A DNA stretch of 64,000 nt from Paramuribaculum sp. (lineage in GTDB: Bacteria > Bacteroidota > Bacteroidia > Bacteroidales > Muribaculaceae), in the NCBI GenBank assembly GCA_045602165.1, contig JAZSAZ010000008.1, positions 61,152 through 125,151 of the forward strand. Direction: 5' to 3'. The notes below the pieces were generated by a model that saw nothing but the letters and a program-made list of their open reading frames with translations, was not told the DNA's origin and did no database searches. The translations under genes and the position numbers were made by a program. Position 1 is the stretch's first letter; the number at the start of each line of letters is the position of its first letter. Of this stretch, positions 1-9,543 are shown piece after piece.

Positions 1-380
1 GATATTGCTTTTACAATCTCAATAAACTTGTCGGGATCATTCTCGGCAACCTCAACATCAAAACAATCAATACCGGCAAATATCTTAAACAGCAACGCTT
101 TACCCTCCATTACCGGCTTCCCGGCTTCAGGTCCTATATTTCCAAGACCTAACACAGCCGTGCCATTTGAAATAACGGCAACAAGATTTCCCTTGTTGGT
201 GTATTTATAAGCATCTTGCGGATTTGATTCTATCTCTTTACACGGATATGCCACACCGGGTGAATACGCTAACGCTAAATCATGTTGTGTTGCATATGGT
301 TTTGTTGGAACTATTTCAATCTTTCCGGGCTTCCCCTCATTATGATACTCTAAAGCTGCTTGCTTTGTTATTGTTGACAT
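1..380 (-). CDS. maeB: NADP-dependent malic enzyme, N-terminal part (runs off the left edge; missing from the ORF track)
   Basis: Manual translation from ATG at 380: [47 protein letters not shown]...[41 protein letters not shown], which contains the classic malic-enzyme motifs. Confidence 0.95.
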   Translation of the reverse strand, partial: MSTITKQAALEYHNEGKPGKIEIVPTKPYATQHDLALAYSPGVAYPCKEIESNPQDAYKYTNKGNLVAVISNGTAVLGLGNIGPEAGKPVMEGKALLFKIFAGIDCFDVEVAENDPDKFIEIVKAI

Positions 381-413
381 AAGTACTACTTTTTTTACAT
401 TAAAACTTACTCG

Positions 414-421
414 CAAATTTA
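414..421 (-). promoter_or_regulatory. Bacteroidota -7 promoter box (TAAATTTG) for maeB
   Basis: Matches TAnnTTTG about 34 nt upstream of the ATG. Confidence 0.7.
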
Positions 422-444
422 CATAAAATCCGCGATATTTTGTG

Positions 445-452
445 TAATTTTG
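445..452 (+). promoter_or_regulatory. -7 promoter box (TAATTTTG) for the helicase operon
   Basis: Matches TAnnTTTG and contains the TTG that the ORF caller used as a start. Confidence 0.65.
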
Positions 453-500
453 TGCTTTTGTAAACAGACATTATTTTTTTTACACTCTCATATCCGACTG

Positions 501-1832
501 ATGAGGTTTGACGAATTTGATTTAAACTACGATGTTCTTGACGCTCTCGATGCAATGCAATTTTGCGATTGCACCCCGATTCAAGAGCAATCTATTCCAA
601 TAACACTTGAAGGACGCGATTTGATTGCTGTGGCCCAAACCGGCACCGGCAAAACTGCGGCCTACCTGCTTCCGGTACTTAATCGACTCGCTGATGGCGA
701 ATTCCCCGAAGATACTGTCAACTGCATTGTTATGGCTCCTACTCGAGAACTTGCCATGCAGATTGACCGTCAGCTTGAGGGATTCGGGTACTTCTTGAAT
801 ATCAGCTCTCTCGCCATTTATGGCGGCACCGATGGCGCAACTTTTGCTCAACAACAAAAAAGCCTCCTATTAGGTGCCGATGTTGTAATTGCTACACCGG
901 GGCGTTTGTTAGCCCACCTACAAATGGGCAAGATTGACCTCTCGCGTGTTAGCTTTTTCATCCTTGACGAAGCAGACCGAATGCTCGACATGGGATTCTA
1001 CGACGACATTATGCAAATAGTCAAGCACCTGCCAAAAGAGCGACAGACTCTGATGTTTTCTGCCACAATGCCCCCTAAGATACAGCAATTAGCCAAATCT
1101 ATTCTTCGAAATCCTGCCGAGATAAAAATTGCAGTATCGCGCCCGGCCGATAAAATACACCAACGAGTGGCAATGTGTTACGAACCTCAGAAAACTGAAA
1201 TCCTAAAAAAACTGTTTGCTGAAGCTCATGCTAAACGCGTCATCGTTTTTGCATCTTCTAAGCTAAAAGTCAAGAATTTAGCGCGAGAACTGCGCCGCTC
1301 AGGGCTCAACATTGAAGAAATGCACTCCGACCTCGACCAAGCAAAACGCGATGAAGTAATGCACAAATTTAAATTCGGGCACTGCGACATTCTTGTTGCT
1401 ACAGATATTGTGGCTCGAGGAATTGACATTGATGATATCACAATGGTCATTAACTATGATGTGCCTCACGATGCCGAAGACTATGTGCACCGAATTGGAC
1501 GAACTGCAAGAGCTGACGCCGATGGAGAGGCTCTCACTTTGGTAAGCGACCTTGATCGCCGACGCTGGAACAGCATTGAACGATTCTTGGGAAATCAAAT
1601 TGAACGCATTGTCATTGAGGGCTACAAGGAATCGGAAGGATCAACAAGCATTCCGGCGAATAACAAGAAACGTAGCAGCGGCCATAGGCACTATCGCAAA
1701 TCGTCAAAGCAAAATCAGCAACGCGACAAAGAAGCTACCGGTTCAGAATCCGCGCCAAGCACTAAGCGACCACGAAAACCAAGACATAAAAAGAATCCAA
1801 AACGCAATAATGAACAACCCAACAAAGAATAA
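501..1832 (+). CDS. DEAD-box RNA helicase (RhlE-like) with a basic C-terminal tail
   Basis: Motifs AQTGTGKT, PTRELA, TPGR, DEAD, SAT and HRIGRTAR. Start placed at ATG 501 (MRFDEF). Confidence 0.95.
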   Translation: MRFDEFDLNYDVLDALDAMQFCDCTPIQEQSIPITLEGRDLIAVAQTGTGKTAAYLLPVLNRLADGEFPEDTVNCIVMAPTRELAMQIDRQLEGFGYFLNISSLAIYGGTDGATFAQQQKSLLLGADVVIATPGRLLAHLQMGKIDLSRVSFFILDEADRMLDMGFYDDIMQIVKHLPKERQTLMFSATMPPKIQQLAKSILRNPAEIKIAVSRPADKIHQRVAMCYEPQKTEILKKLFAEAHAKRVIVFASSKLKVKNLARELRRSGLNIEEMHSDLDQAKRDEVMHKFKFGHCDILVATDIVARGIDIDDITMVINYDVPHDAEDYVHRIGRTARADADGEALTLVSDLDRRRWNSIERFLGNQIERIVIEGYKESEGSTSIPANNKKRSSGHRHYRKSSKQNQQRDKEATGSESAPSTKRPRKPRHKKNPKRNNEQPNKE

Positions 1833-3129
1833 TTTTTTTAAGTTTTTAGGATTTGACTCTAAAATCCATTCTGCTCGCACAGAGCTGATTGCAGGCCTGA
1901 CCACCTTCTTAACAATGGCCTATATCCTTGCCGTAAATCCCGCTATATTCTCGGCCATTGCCTATCAAGGCATGGACATCCCCGCAGTGTTCACAGCAAC
2001 GGCACTCGCGGCAATTATTGGCACTCTGGTAATGGCAATATATGCCCAAAAACCATTTGCTCTCGCTCCTGGCATGGGATTAAATGCATTCTTTGTGTAC
2101 ACAGTCTGCATTCAAATGGGCTATTCATGGCAATTTGCATTAACTGCCATCTTTCTTGAAGGCATTTTATTCGTTTTATTTACTATCACTAACATTAGAA
2201 GCCTAATAGTTACCGCAATTCCCGCATCATTAAAACATGCTATCGGTGTGGGCATAGGACTATACATTGCTTTTATCGGCCTTAAAAACGGAGGTGTCAT
2301 TGTAAGTAACGACACAACATCTGTTGCTTTAGGCGATATAACTCACGGCGCAGGGCTGCTCAGTATCATCGGAATGATTATCACAGCATTCCTGGTGATT
2401 AAAGATATTCGCGGAGGAATGCTTTTAGGCATTTTGCTAACCACCATCATAGGCATTCCCATGGGAATTACTCACTTCGATGGCTTTGTCAGCGCACCCC
2501 CATCAATCGAATCAATTGCTTTCAAATTTGAGTGGAATCATGTGTTGAGTGCTGATATGCTTATTGTTGTTGCAACATTCCTATTCATTGACATGTTTGA
2601 CACAATAGGCACTATTATCGGAGTCTCAACAAAAGCCGGAATGGTGCGTCCCGACGGCACTATCCCCGGGCTAAATAAAGCATTCATGGCCGATGCTATT
2701 GCCACAATCTGCGGCGCTTGCTTTGGAACAAACACCACCACCACCTACATTGAAAGTGCTACCGGCATATCTCAAGGTGGACGAACCGGATTAACAGCAT
2801 TTACTGTTGCTATCTGCTTCATAATCGCTCTATTCTTCTCCCCTATATTTCTTGCAATTCCGGCAGCAGCAACTGCCCCGATACTTTTCATTGTCGGATT
2901 GTTTATGATTTCCCCAATTAAACAAATTCCGCTCGACAATTATTCTGAATCAATACCGGCTTTCGTAACCATAATCATGATGCCTCTAAGCTATAGCATT
3001 TCCGACGGCATTCTCCTTGGATTCATAACCTATGTTGTATTAAACCTTTTTGATCGCAAAGAGTATAATATAACCTGGCCCATGATTATACTTGCAGCCC
3101 TTTTTGCCGCAAAATTTATCTTCATTTAA
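1810..3129 (+). CDS. NCS2/AzgA-PbuG family nucleobase permease
   Basis: Motifs TELIAGLTTFLTMAYILAVNP, APGMGLNAFF, DMFDTIGT and YIESATGISQGGRTGLTA; multiple TM segments. Likely start ATG 1810, overlapping the helicase end by 23 nt. Confidence 0.92.
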   Translation: MNNPTKNNFFKFLGFDSKIHSARTELIAGLTTFLTMAYILAVNPAIFSAIAYQGMDIPAVFTATALAAIIGTLVMAIYAQKPFALAPGMGLNAFFVYTVCIQMGYSWQFALTAIFLEGILFVLFTITNIRSLIVTAIPASLKHAIGVGIGLYIAFIGLKNGGVIVSNDTTSVALGDITHGAGLLSIIGMIITAFLVIKDIRGGMLLGILLTTIIGIPMGITHFDGFVSAPPSIESIAFKFEWNHVLSADMLIVVATFLFIDMFDTIGTIIGVSTKAGMVRPDGTIPGLNKAFMADAIATICGACFGTNTTTTYIESATGISQGGRTGLTAFTVAICFIIALFFSPIFLAIPAAATAPILFIVGLFMISPIKQIPLDNYSESIPAFVTIIMMPLSYSISDGILLGFITYVVLNLFDRKEYNITWPMIILAALFAAKFIFI

Positions 3130-3164
3130 TATTAATTCGGAAACCAAATCCCACATCCAAAAAA

Positions 3165-3995
3165 ATGAAACAATACGTACCAATATTGACAATTGCAGGC
3201 TCTGATTCTTCAGGCGGAGCAGGCATACAAGCCGACATAAAAACTATTTCAGCAATTGGGTGCTATGCGATGAGCGCTATAACTGCCATCACAGCACAAA
3301 ACACCACCGGTGTGCGCTCAATCCAAGGAATCAACCCTCAAATTTTGGTCGACCAGATTGACATGGCTTGCTCCGATATCCCCCCTCTGGCGGCAAAAAC
3401 CGGAATGCTTTTTGACAAAGCAAACATTGAAGCCACAGCAGCTGCAATTCAGCGAAATAACATAAAAAACCTCGTTGTTGATCCGGTAATGGTTTCAACT
3501 TCCGGCTCTTTGCTTATTGAGCGCGATGCCATTGAATCTATGGTCAAGCAAATATTTCCATTGGCTACACTCATCACACCCAATAAAAGCGAAGCCTTTG
3601 AACTCACCGGCACAAATGAGCCGATGGAACAGGCGTTGAAATTGCGCGAAATGGGGTGCCGAAATATTTTGCTCAAGGGTGGCGATTCCAATCGCACCGA
3701 CATGAAAATTGACTATTTGTATCTCGACGGCGAAACTGACCTCATCACTCTGACTGCCGACGCCGTTAACACTCAAAACTCTCATGGCACCGGATGCACC
3801 CTATCGGCAGCTATTGCATCCTACCTCGCGCTTGGATTCGACATTACCGACGCGTGTATGCGTGGCAAGCTATTTGTCACTCGAGCCCTACGCACCGGAG
3901 CAAAAGTATCTTGTGGTAACGGACATGGCCCTGTCAATCATCTATTCGGACCTCGCCACATGAAATTCCAAAGACACTACAAATTCAATCTCTAA
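3165..3995 (+). CDS. thiD: Hydroxymethylpyrimidine/phosphomethylpyrimidine kinase
   Basis: Motifs LTIAGSDSSGGAGIQAD, VVDPVMVSTSG, TPNKSEA and HGTGCTLSAAIA. Confidence 0.95.
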   Translation: MKQYVPILTIAGSDSSGGAGIQADIKTISAIGCYAMSAITAITAQNTTGVRSIQGINPQILVDQIDMACSDIPPLAAKTGMLFDKANIEATAAAIQRNNIKNLVVDPVMVSTSGSLLIERDAIESMVKQIFPLATLITPNKSEAFELTGTNEPMEQALKLREMGCRNILLKGGDSNRTDMKIDYLYLDGETDLITLTADAVNTQNSHGTGCTLSAAIASYLALGFDITDACMRGKLFVTRALRTGAKVSCGNGHGPVNHLFGPRHMKFQRHYKFNL

Positions 3996-4015
3996 CCTTA
4001 ACCACATAACACACT

Positions 4016-4591
4016 ATGCTACAATTCATTGCCCAAGAATCAGATAAATACTCTATTGCCGAAGAGGTGCAAATGGCGCTCGAAGGCGGATGTCGATGGA
4101 TACAACTGCGCATGCCCGATGCTCCAGATGAATTAGTTCGTGAAACTGCGCTTGAAATAATCCCAATGTGCAAAGAGACTGAAGCTTTTCTGATTATTGA
4201 AAGCCGAGTTGATATTGTTGCCGATTTAAAGGTTTCCGGCGTTCATCTCAACAAAGGCGATATGGACCCGCTGCAAGCCCGCGAAATCCTTGGTGCCCAC
4301 GCCGTAATCGGTTTTTCTGCCGATAATGCCGACGAAATCCTCAAATATAAAACAAAGGATATTGATTATGCAAGTGTCAATTTTAACAATGATCCAGCCA
4401 ATATTTTAGCACAAGTGAGGAACTCTGAAATGGAGATGCCGATTGTTGCCGGTGGAAAAATCACGGTTAATGACATTGACCAAATTCTTTCATCAGGATT
4501 TAATGGCATCGCCATGTCGGAAGCAATAATATCTGCACCCGACCCAATGCTCTACACCGCCGACGTGATAAACCGCATTACAAAAATTTAA
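4016..4591 (+). CDS. Thiamine-phosphate-synthase (ThiE/TenI)-like protein with degenerate active site
   Basis: The ThiE scaffold is recognisable (ALEGGCRWIQLR, GVHL, PIVAGG, GIAMS), but NDR is replaced by ESR and the GPxFxTxTK loop is absent. It follows thiD. Confidence 0.75.
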   Translation: MLQFIAQESDKYSIAEEVQMALEGGCRWIQLRMPDAPDELVRETALEIIPMCKETEAFLIIESRVDIVADLKVSGVHLNKGDMDPLQAREILGAHAVIGFSADNADEILKYKTKDIDYASVNFNNDPANILAQVRNSEMEMPIVAGGKITVNDIDQILSSGFNGIAMSEAIISAPDPMLYTADVINRITKI

Positions 4592-4632
4592 CAACAATTG
4601 CTGTTTTAAAGTTTTTTTCTTGAGAATTTGAT

Positions 4633-4640
4633 TACCTTTG
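4633..4640 (+). promoter_or_regulatory. -7 promoter box (TACCTTTG) for ilvA
   Basis: Consensus match 21 nt before ATG 4662. Confidence 0.7.
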
Positions 4641-4661
4641 CAATTAGAAAAACTAAACTCC

Positions 4662-5864
4662 ATGGCAGAACTAAACATAGCAGAAGTCTATCGAGCCGCT
4701 GAAGTGCTTCAGAATGTTGCTCGACATCCAAAACTTGTTGGTGTTACTAAAGTTAACCCCGAAGCAAAAATCTATCTCAAGCCTGAGAATTTGCAGCTCA
4801 CAGGTTCATTCAAGCTTCGCGGAGCCTACTATAAAATCTCCCAGTTAAGCGCTGAAGAAAAAGCACGTGGAGTAATTGCATGCTCTGCAGGGAATCATGC
4901 TCAAGGAGTTGCCCTCGGAGCAACTCAAAATGGCATAAAATCCATTATCTGTCTGCCTGCCGGAGCTCCTATTTCAAAAGTAGAGGCCACAAAAGCTCTC
5001 GGAGCCGAAGTTTGCCTTGTGCCGGGAGTTTATGACGATGCCTATCGCAAAGCCATCCAATTGCAAGAAGAACATGGCTACACACTTGTACACCCATTCG
5101 ATGACCCACTTGTTATTGCCGGACAAGGGACAATCGGGTTGGAAATCATTGAAGAAATGCCCGATGTGGAAGCTGTGATTGTTCCGGTTGGAGGCGGAGG
5201 TTTGATTTCCGGTGTAGCTTTTGCCATTAAGACATTAAAGCCACAAGTAAAAGTGTACGGTGTGCAAACTGAAGGTGCACCATCCATGGTTGAATCATTA
5301 CAGAAAAACAGCCGTGTCCGCCTTGATTCTGTAAGCACCATTGCCGACGGCATTGCCGTAAAAGAGCCGGGAATCAACACTTTTGAAATGTGTCAAAAAT
5401 ATGTTGATGAAATAGTAACAGTTAGCGATGACGAGGTTGCATCCGCCATCCTCACCCTTATCGAGCAGCAGAAACTCGTTGCCGAAGGTGCAGGAGCTGT
5501 ATCTGTCGCTGCCGCTATGTACAATAAAGTTCCCGTTAAAGGGAAAAAAGTAGTGTGCATTGTTTCAGGTGGCAACATCGATGTAACATCACTAAACCGC
5601 GTCATCACACGTGGTCTTGTGAAAAATGGTCGCGACTGCACTGTCACCATCATTCTTTCCGATAAACCGGGACAACTCTCAAAAGTGTGTAGCGTGATTG
5701 GCGACCTTGGTGCAAACATTCTCTCTGTAGAGCATAAACGCAATTCATCAAACACTGAAATCAATGGTTGCAAACTCCATATTGACATGGAAACTCGCAA
5801 TCACGAACATATCAAACAAGTTAAGGACGGTCTTCGAGAAGCAGGATTTCAAGTAGAAGATTAA
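4662..5864 (+). CDS. ilvA: Threonine ammonia-lyase with one C-terminal ACT domain
   Basis: PLP lysine motif GSFKLRGA, plus SAGNHAQG, PVGGGGL and SGGNID; ACT motif LSDKPGQL. Confidence 0.93.
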   Translation: MAELNIAEVYRAAEVLQNVARHPKLVGVTKVNPEAKIYLKPENLQLTGSFKLRGAYYKISQLSAEEKARGVIACSAGNHAQGVALGATQNGIKSIICLPAGAPISKVEATKALGAEVCLVPGVYDDAYRKAIQLQEEHGYTLVHPFDDPLVIAGQGTIGLEIIEEMPDVEAVIVPVGGGGLISGVAFAIKTLKPQVKVYGVQTEGAPSMVESLQKNSRVRLDSVSTIADGIAVKEPGINTFEMCQKYVDEIVTVSDDEVASAILTLIEQQKLVAEGAGAVSVAAAMYNKVPVKGKKVVCIVSGGNIDVTSLNRVITRGLVKNGRDCTVTIILSDKPGQLSKVCSVIGDLGANILSVEHKRNSSNTEINGCKLHIDMETRNHEHIKQVKDGLREAGFQVED

Positions 5865-5906
5865 ATAAATCACCCCCTATTCTTGCTCTCATTCGGTTAA
5901 TATTCG

Positions 5907-5914
5907 TATCTTTG
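5907..5914 (+). promoter_or_regulatory. -7 promoter box (TATCTTTG) for the Fur-family gene and purA
   Basis: Consensus match just upstream of ATG 5922. Confidence 0.7.
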
Positions 5915-5921
5915 TGAAATC

Positions 5922-6401
5922 ATGAGCGAAGAAAAGACAAAAATCGCGGCAATAGCCTCATTTAACGATTACTTGACGCAACACAAATTGCGTCGCACTC
6001 CCGAGCGCTTTGCAATTCTGGAGAAAGTATTTGATATGTCGAGCCACTTCTCTATTGATGTCCTACACCAGCAACTTGACGAAAACGGATATCACGTAAG
6101 CCGAGCCACTGTTTACAACACTATTGAGCTTTTGATTAAAGCCGGGCTTGTTCGTCGCCACACATTTGAATCTCAATCTCCTCAATATGAAAAAATTGTC
6201 GGACTGACTAAACACTATCACCTTGTGTGCTCTCATTGCGGCAAAGTCAAAGAAATAAAAGATTCCGAAATAGATTACCTGCTAAACACTCGTCGATTTG
6301 GAAAATTCCAACCCAAATATATCGATTTGAATGTTTATGGACTTTGTGCAACATGCGTGCGCAAAACAAATCGAAAATCAAAATTGCAAAAAATTAAGTA
6401 A
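5922..6401 (+). CDS. Fur-family transcriptional regulator
   Basis: Motifs TPERFAIL, HFS and SRATVYNT, HYHLVCSHCG and a C-terminal CATC (two CxxC Zn motifs). Confidence 0.92.
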   Translation: MSEEKTKIAAIASFNDYLTQHKLRRTPERFAILEKVFDMSSHFSIDVLHQQLDENGYHVSRATVYNTIELLIKAGLVRRHTFESQSPQYEKIVGLTKHYHLVCSHCGKVKEIKDSEIDYLLNTRRFGKFQPKYIDLNVYGLCATCVRKTNRKSKLQKIK

Positions 6402-6424
6402 AACACTCTATACCACACACGAAA

Positions 6425-7687
6425 ATGAAAATAGACGTATTACTCGGCCTCCAATGGGGCGATGAAGGTAAAGGAAAAGTTGTTGATGTGTTGACTCCTC
6501 GCTACGATGTGGTTGCACGCTTTCAGGGTGGCCCAAATGCCGGACACACTTTGGAATTTAATGGCGAAAAATATGTACTGCGCTCTATTCCATCAGGAAT
6601 TTTCCAGCATGGCCAAACTAACATAATTGGCAATGGTGTGGTTCTTGATCCCGTTCTTTTTCAAGAAGAAGCCGAAGCCCTTGAACGCTCAGGCCACGAC
6701 ATCCGCAAGGTGCTCAAAATATCAAAAAAAGTGCATCTTATCATGCCCACACACCGCTTGCTTGATGCTGCTTACGAACGAGCTAAAGGTGGCGCCAAAA
6801 TAGGCACAACAGGCAAAGGTATTGGTCCTACATACACTGATAAAATTTCACGAAACGGATTGCGCTTAGGTGATGCAATCCACAATTTCAACACCAAATA
6901 TGAAGCAGCTCGCAATCGCCACATTGCAATGCTTCAGTCTATGGGTGAAAAAACCGACCTCTCCGAACTCGAACCCCGCTGGCTCAATGCTATCGAATAT
7001 CTCAAAACATTTGACATCATTGACAGCGAACACTATATCAACAACTGTTTAAAAGATGGCAAATCAGTCCTTTGCGAAGGGGCTCAGGGCACTTTGCTTG
7101 ATGTTGACTTTGGTTCATATCCCTTCGTTACATCTTCAAACACTATTGCCGCCGGAGCTTGCACCGGCCTTGGTGTAGCACCCAACAAAATCGGCGAAGT
7201 TTTTGGTATTTTCAAAGCTTATTGTACTCGTGTTGGTAGCGGCCCGTTCCCCACTGAATTATTCGACGAAACCGGCAAAAAAATTCGCGATATCGGCCAT
7301 GAATATGGTGCAGTGACCGGACGTGAACGCCGTTGCGGTTGGATTGACCTTGTGGCATTGCGCTACGCAATTATGATTAATGGCGTTACTCAGTTAATCA
7401 TGATGAAGAGCGATGTTCTCGACACATTCCCCACAATTAAAGCTTGCACAGCCTATAAAATCAATGGTGAAATCACTCGTGACTTCCCCTACTCAATTGA
7501 AGATGGCTCAATCGAACCAATATTCGAAGAACTACCCGGATGGCAAACCGACATGACCGCCATGAAATCTGAATCGGAATTCCCACAGCAATTTGCCGAC
7601 TACATCAAATTCCTTGAAAAAGAATTGGAAACACCGATTACTATAGTTTCAATCGGCCCAGACCGCGAACAAACCATCCTTCGATAA
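6425..7687 (+). CDS. purA: Adenylosuccinate synthetase
   Basis: Motifs QWGDEGKGK, GGPNAGHT, EGAQGTLLDVDFGSYPFVTSS and VTGRERRCGW. Confidence 0.98.
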   Translation: MKIDVLLGLQWGDEGKGKVVDVLTPRYDVVARFQGGPNAGHTLEFNGEKYVLRSIPSGIFQHGQTNIIGNGVVLDPVLFQEEAEALERSGHDIRKVLKISKKVHLIMPTHRLLDAAYERAKGGAKIGTTGKGIGPTYTDKISRNGLRLGDAIHNFNTKYEAARNRHIAMLQSMGEKTDLSELEPRWLNAIEYLKTFDIIDSEHYINNCLKDGKSVLCEGAQGTLLDVDFGSYPFVTSSNTIAAGACTGLGVAPNKIGEVFGIFKAYCTRVGSGPFPTELFDETGKKIRDIGHEYGAVTGRERRCGWIDLVALRYAIMINGVTQLIMMKSDVLDTFPTIKACTAYKINGEITRDFPYSIEDGSIEPIFEELPGWQTDMTAMKSESEFPQQFADYIKFLEKELETPITIVSIGPDREQTILR

Positions 7688-7722
7688 ACCGAACAATCCA
7701 TTAAACACCTAAATTTAATACC

Positions 7723-8973
7723 ATGGCTAAAATAAAACCGTTCAAAGGAATTCGCCCCCCTCGTGAATTAGTCACAGATGTGGCATCACGCCCCTATGAT
7801 GTTTTAAACTCTGATGAAGCACGCCGTGAAGCAGAAGGCAATGCCAAATCGCTTTATCACATCATTAAACCGGAAATCGACTTTGAGCCGACGGTTGACG
7901 AACACGACCCTTGCGTTTACGACAAGGCCGTAGAAAACTTCAACGCTTTTCAAGCAAATGGATGGCTTGTGCAAGATGAGAAAGAGCATTACTACATTTA
8001 TGCTCAAACAATGGATGGTCGCACTCAATATGGCATCGTAATTGCTGCCAATGTGGATGACTACATGGAACAGCGCATAAAAAAACATGAGCTGACTCGT
8101 CGCGACAAAGAAGAGGACCGCATGAAACACGTTCGCATCAATAATGCGAATATTGAGCCTGTGTTTTTTGCATTCCCCGACAACGAATGCCTTGAAAACA
8201 TCATCAAAGATGTAACTGCCGGCGAACCGGAATACGACTTCATTGCTCCCGACGGCTTTGGCCATCATTTTTGGGTCATTAACGATGAAAATTTAATTGC
8301 TCAAATAACCGAGGAATTTGCAAAAATACCCTACTTGTACATTGCTGATGGGCATCATCGCACAGCTGCTGCTGCACTTGTGGGTAATGAAAAAGCAAAA
8401 GCCAATCCTAACCACACCGGCAATGAAGAGTACAACTATTTCCTTGCTGTTGCATTCCCCGCTTCTCACTTAAAAATCATTGACTACAACCGCGTGGTGC
8501 GCGATCTAAACGGATTGACACCGGAAGAATTCCTAACAGCAATTGAAAAAGATTTCATCGTTGAAGCGAAAGGCTCGGCCGAGCCATATCGTCCGTCAGA
8601 ACTCCATAATTTCTCACTCTATCTCTATGGAGAATGGTATTCACTCACAGCCCGTGACGGACGCTACAATGATGCCGATCCGATTGGTGTTCTTGACGTT
8701 ACCATCTCCAGCGATTTAATCCTTCGCGATATACTCGGAATCACTGACCTTCGCTCCGATAAGCGCATAGACTTTGTTGGTGGCATTAGAGGTCTTAAAG
8801 AACTGAAGCGCCGCGTTGATAGCGGAGAAATGGCAATGGCATTAGCCCTCTATCCGGTTTCGATGAAACAGCTCATGGATATTGCCGACACCGGCAATAT
8901 TATGCCCCCGAAAACTACATGGTTTGAGCCTAAGCTACGCTCAGGCCTTGTGATTCACAAATTGAATGACTAA
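7723..8973 (+). CDS. DUF1015 family protein (ParB/Srx-like DGHHR motif)
   Basis: Motifs PYDV, KKHELTR, YIADGHHRTAAA and MPPKTTWFEPKLRSGL, typical of DUF1015. Confidence 0.88.
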   Translation: MAKIKPFKGIRPPRELVTDVASRPYDVLNSDEARREAEGNAKSLYHIIKPEIDFEPTVDEHDPCVYDKAVENFNAFQANGWLVQDEKEHYYIYAQTMDGRTQYGIVIAANVDDYMEQRIKKHELTRRDKEEDRMKHVRINNANIEPVFFAFPDNECLENIIKDVTAGEPEYDFIAPDGFGHHFWVINDENLIAQITEEFAKIPYLYIADGHHRTAAAALVGNEKAKANPNHTGNEEYNYFLAVAFPASHLKIIDYNRVVRDLNGLTPEEFLTAIEKDFIVEAKGSAEPYRPSELHNFSLYLYGEWYSLTARDGRYNDADPIGVLDVTISSDLILRDILGITDLRSDKRIDFVGGIRGLKELKRRVDSGEMAMALALYPVSMKQLMDIADTGNIMPPKTTWFEPKLRSGLVIHKLND

Positions 8974-9457
8974 GCCGATTATCACAGATACTTTTAAATT
9001 GTCCCCGACCGTTTATTTCAAAATAGCGGCCGGGGCAATACTTCCAAAGCTCATGCTGATTAGTTCTTCAACCCTACTAATCACGCTAATCATCAGCCTA
9101 TTGGTCGACATTAGATTTGTTTTAGTGACTCTTATCATATTGTTTCTTTTAATCCCAATGATTGTCAGCCACATCTACTTTTCAAAGCTTTTAACTCGCG
9201 AAGCTCAATATGCGCTGACCACCAAACACGTAATTATCAATCTTGAAAAAGAAATCATAGAGACATTTGAAAGTGCCAATGATGAAAACACACCACTATC
9301 TCCTCGGCATTGGCAATGGAAGAATATAAAATCACGAAAAATATCAGGGAAAAACCTAGTCATAAGATTTCATGATAAAGACTACACCCTGATAATCCCT
9401 TTAAATGCAATAAATCGCGATATTGACATCAATCGGATTGCAGAACCAATAGAATAA
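8966..9457 (+). CDS. Hypothetical membrane protein (two TM helices plus a possible YcxB-like C-terminal domain)
   Basis: Hydrophobic N-terminal hairpin followed by a W..I...LIIP pattern; overlaps the DUF1015 stop by 8 nt. Confidence 0.65.
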   Translation: MTKPIITDTFKLSPTVYFKIAAGAILPKLMLISSSTLLITLIISLLVDIRFVLVTLIILFLLIPMIVSHIYFSKLLTREAQYALTTKHVIINLEKEIIETFESANDENTPLSPRHWQWKNIKSRKISGKNLVIRFHDKDYTLIIPLNAINRDIDINRIAEPIE

Positions 9458-9494
9458 ACCATTCATAATCTTTGTGCATCCGATAAAAAAATTG

Positions 9495-9502
9495 TAAATT
9501 TG
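9495..9502 (+). promoter_or_regulatory. -7 promoter box (TAAATTTG) for purL-purF
   Basis: Consensus match 41 nt before the ATG. Confidence 0.7.
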
Positions 9503-9543
9503 CGATATAAAAATATCTAAATCACCTCAATCCCCCATATCTT

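Noticed and set aside
1552-1809. Apparent 86-aa N-terminal extension of the NCS2 permease overlapping the helicase
   Set aside because: It is an alternate frame of the helicase's basic tail with no permease-like content; the family N-terminus begins near MNNPTK at 1810.
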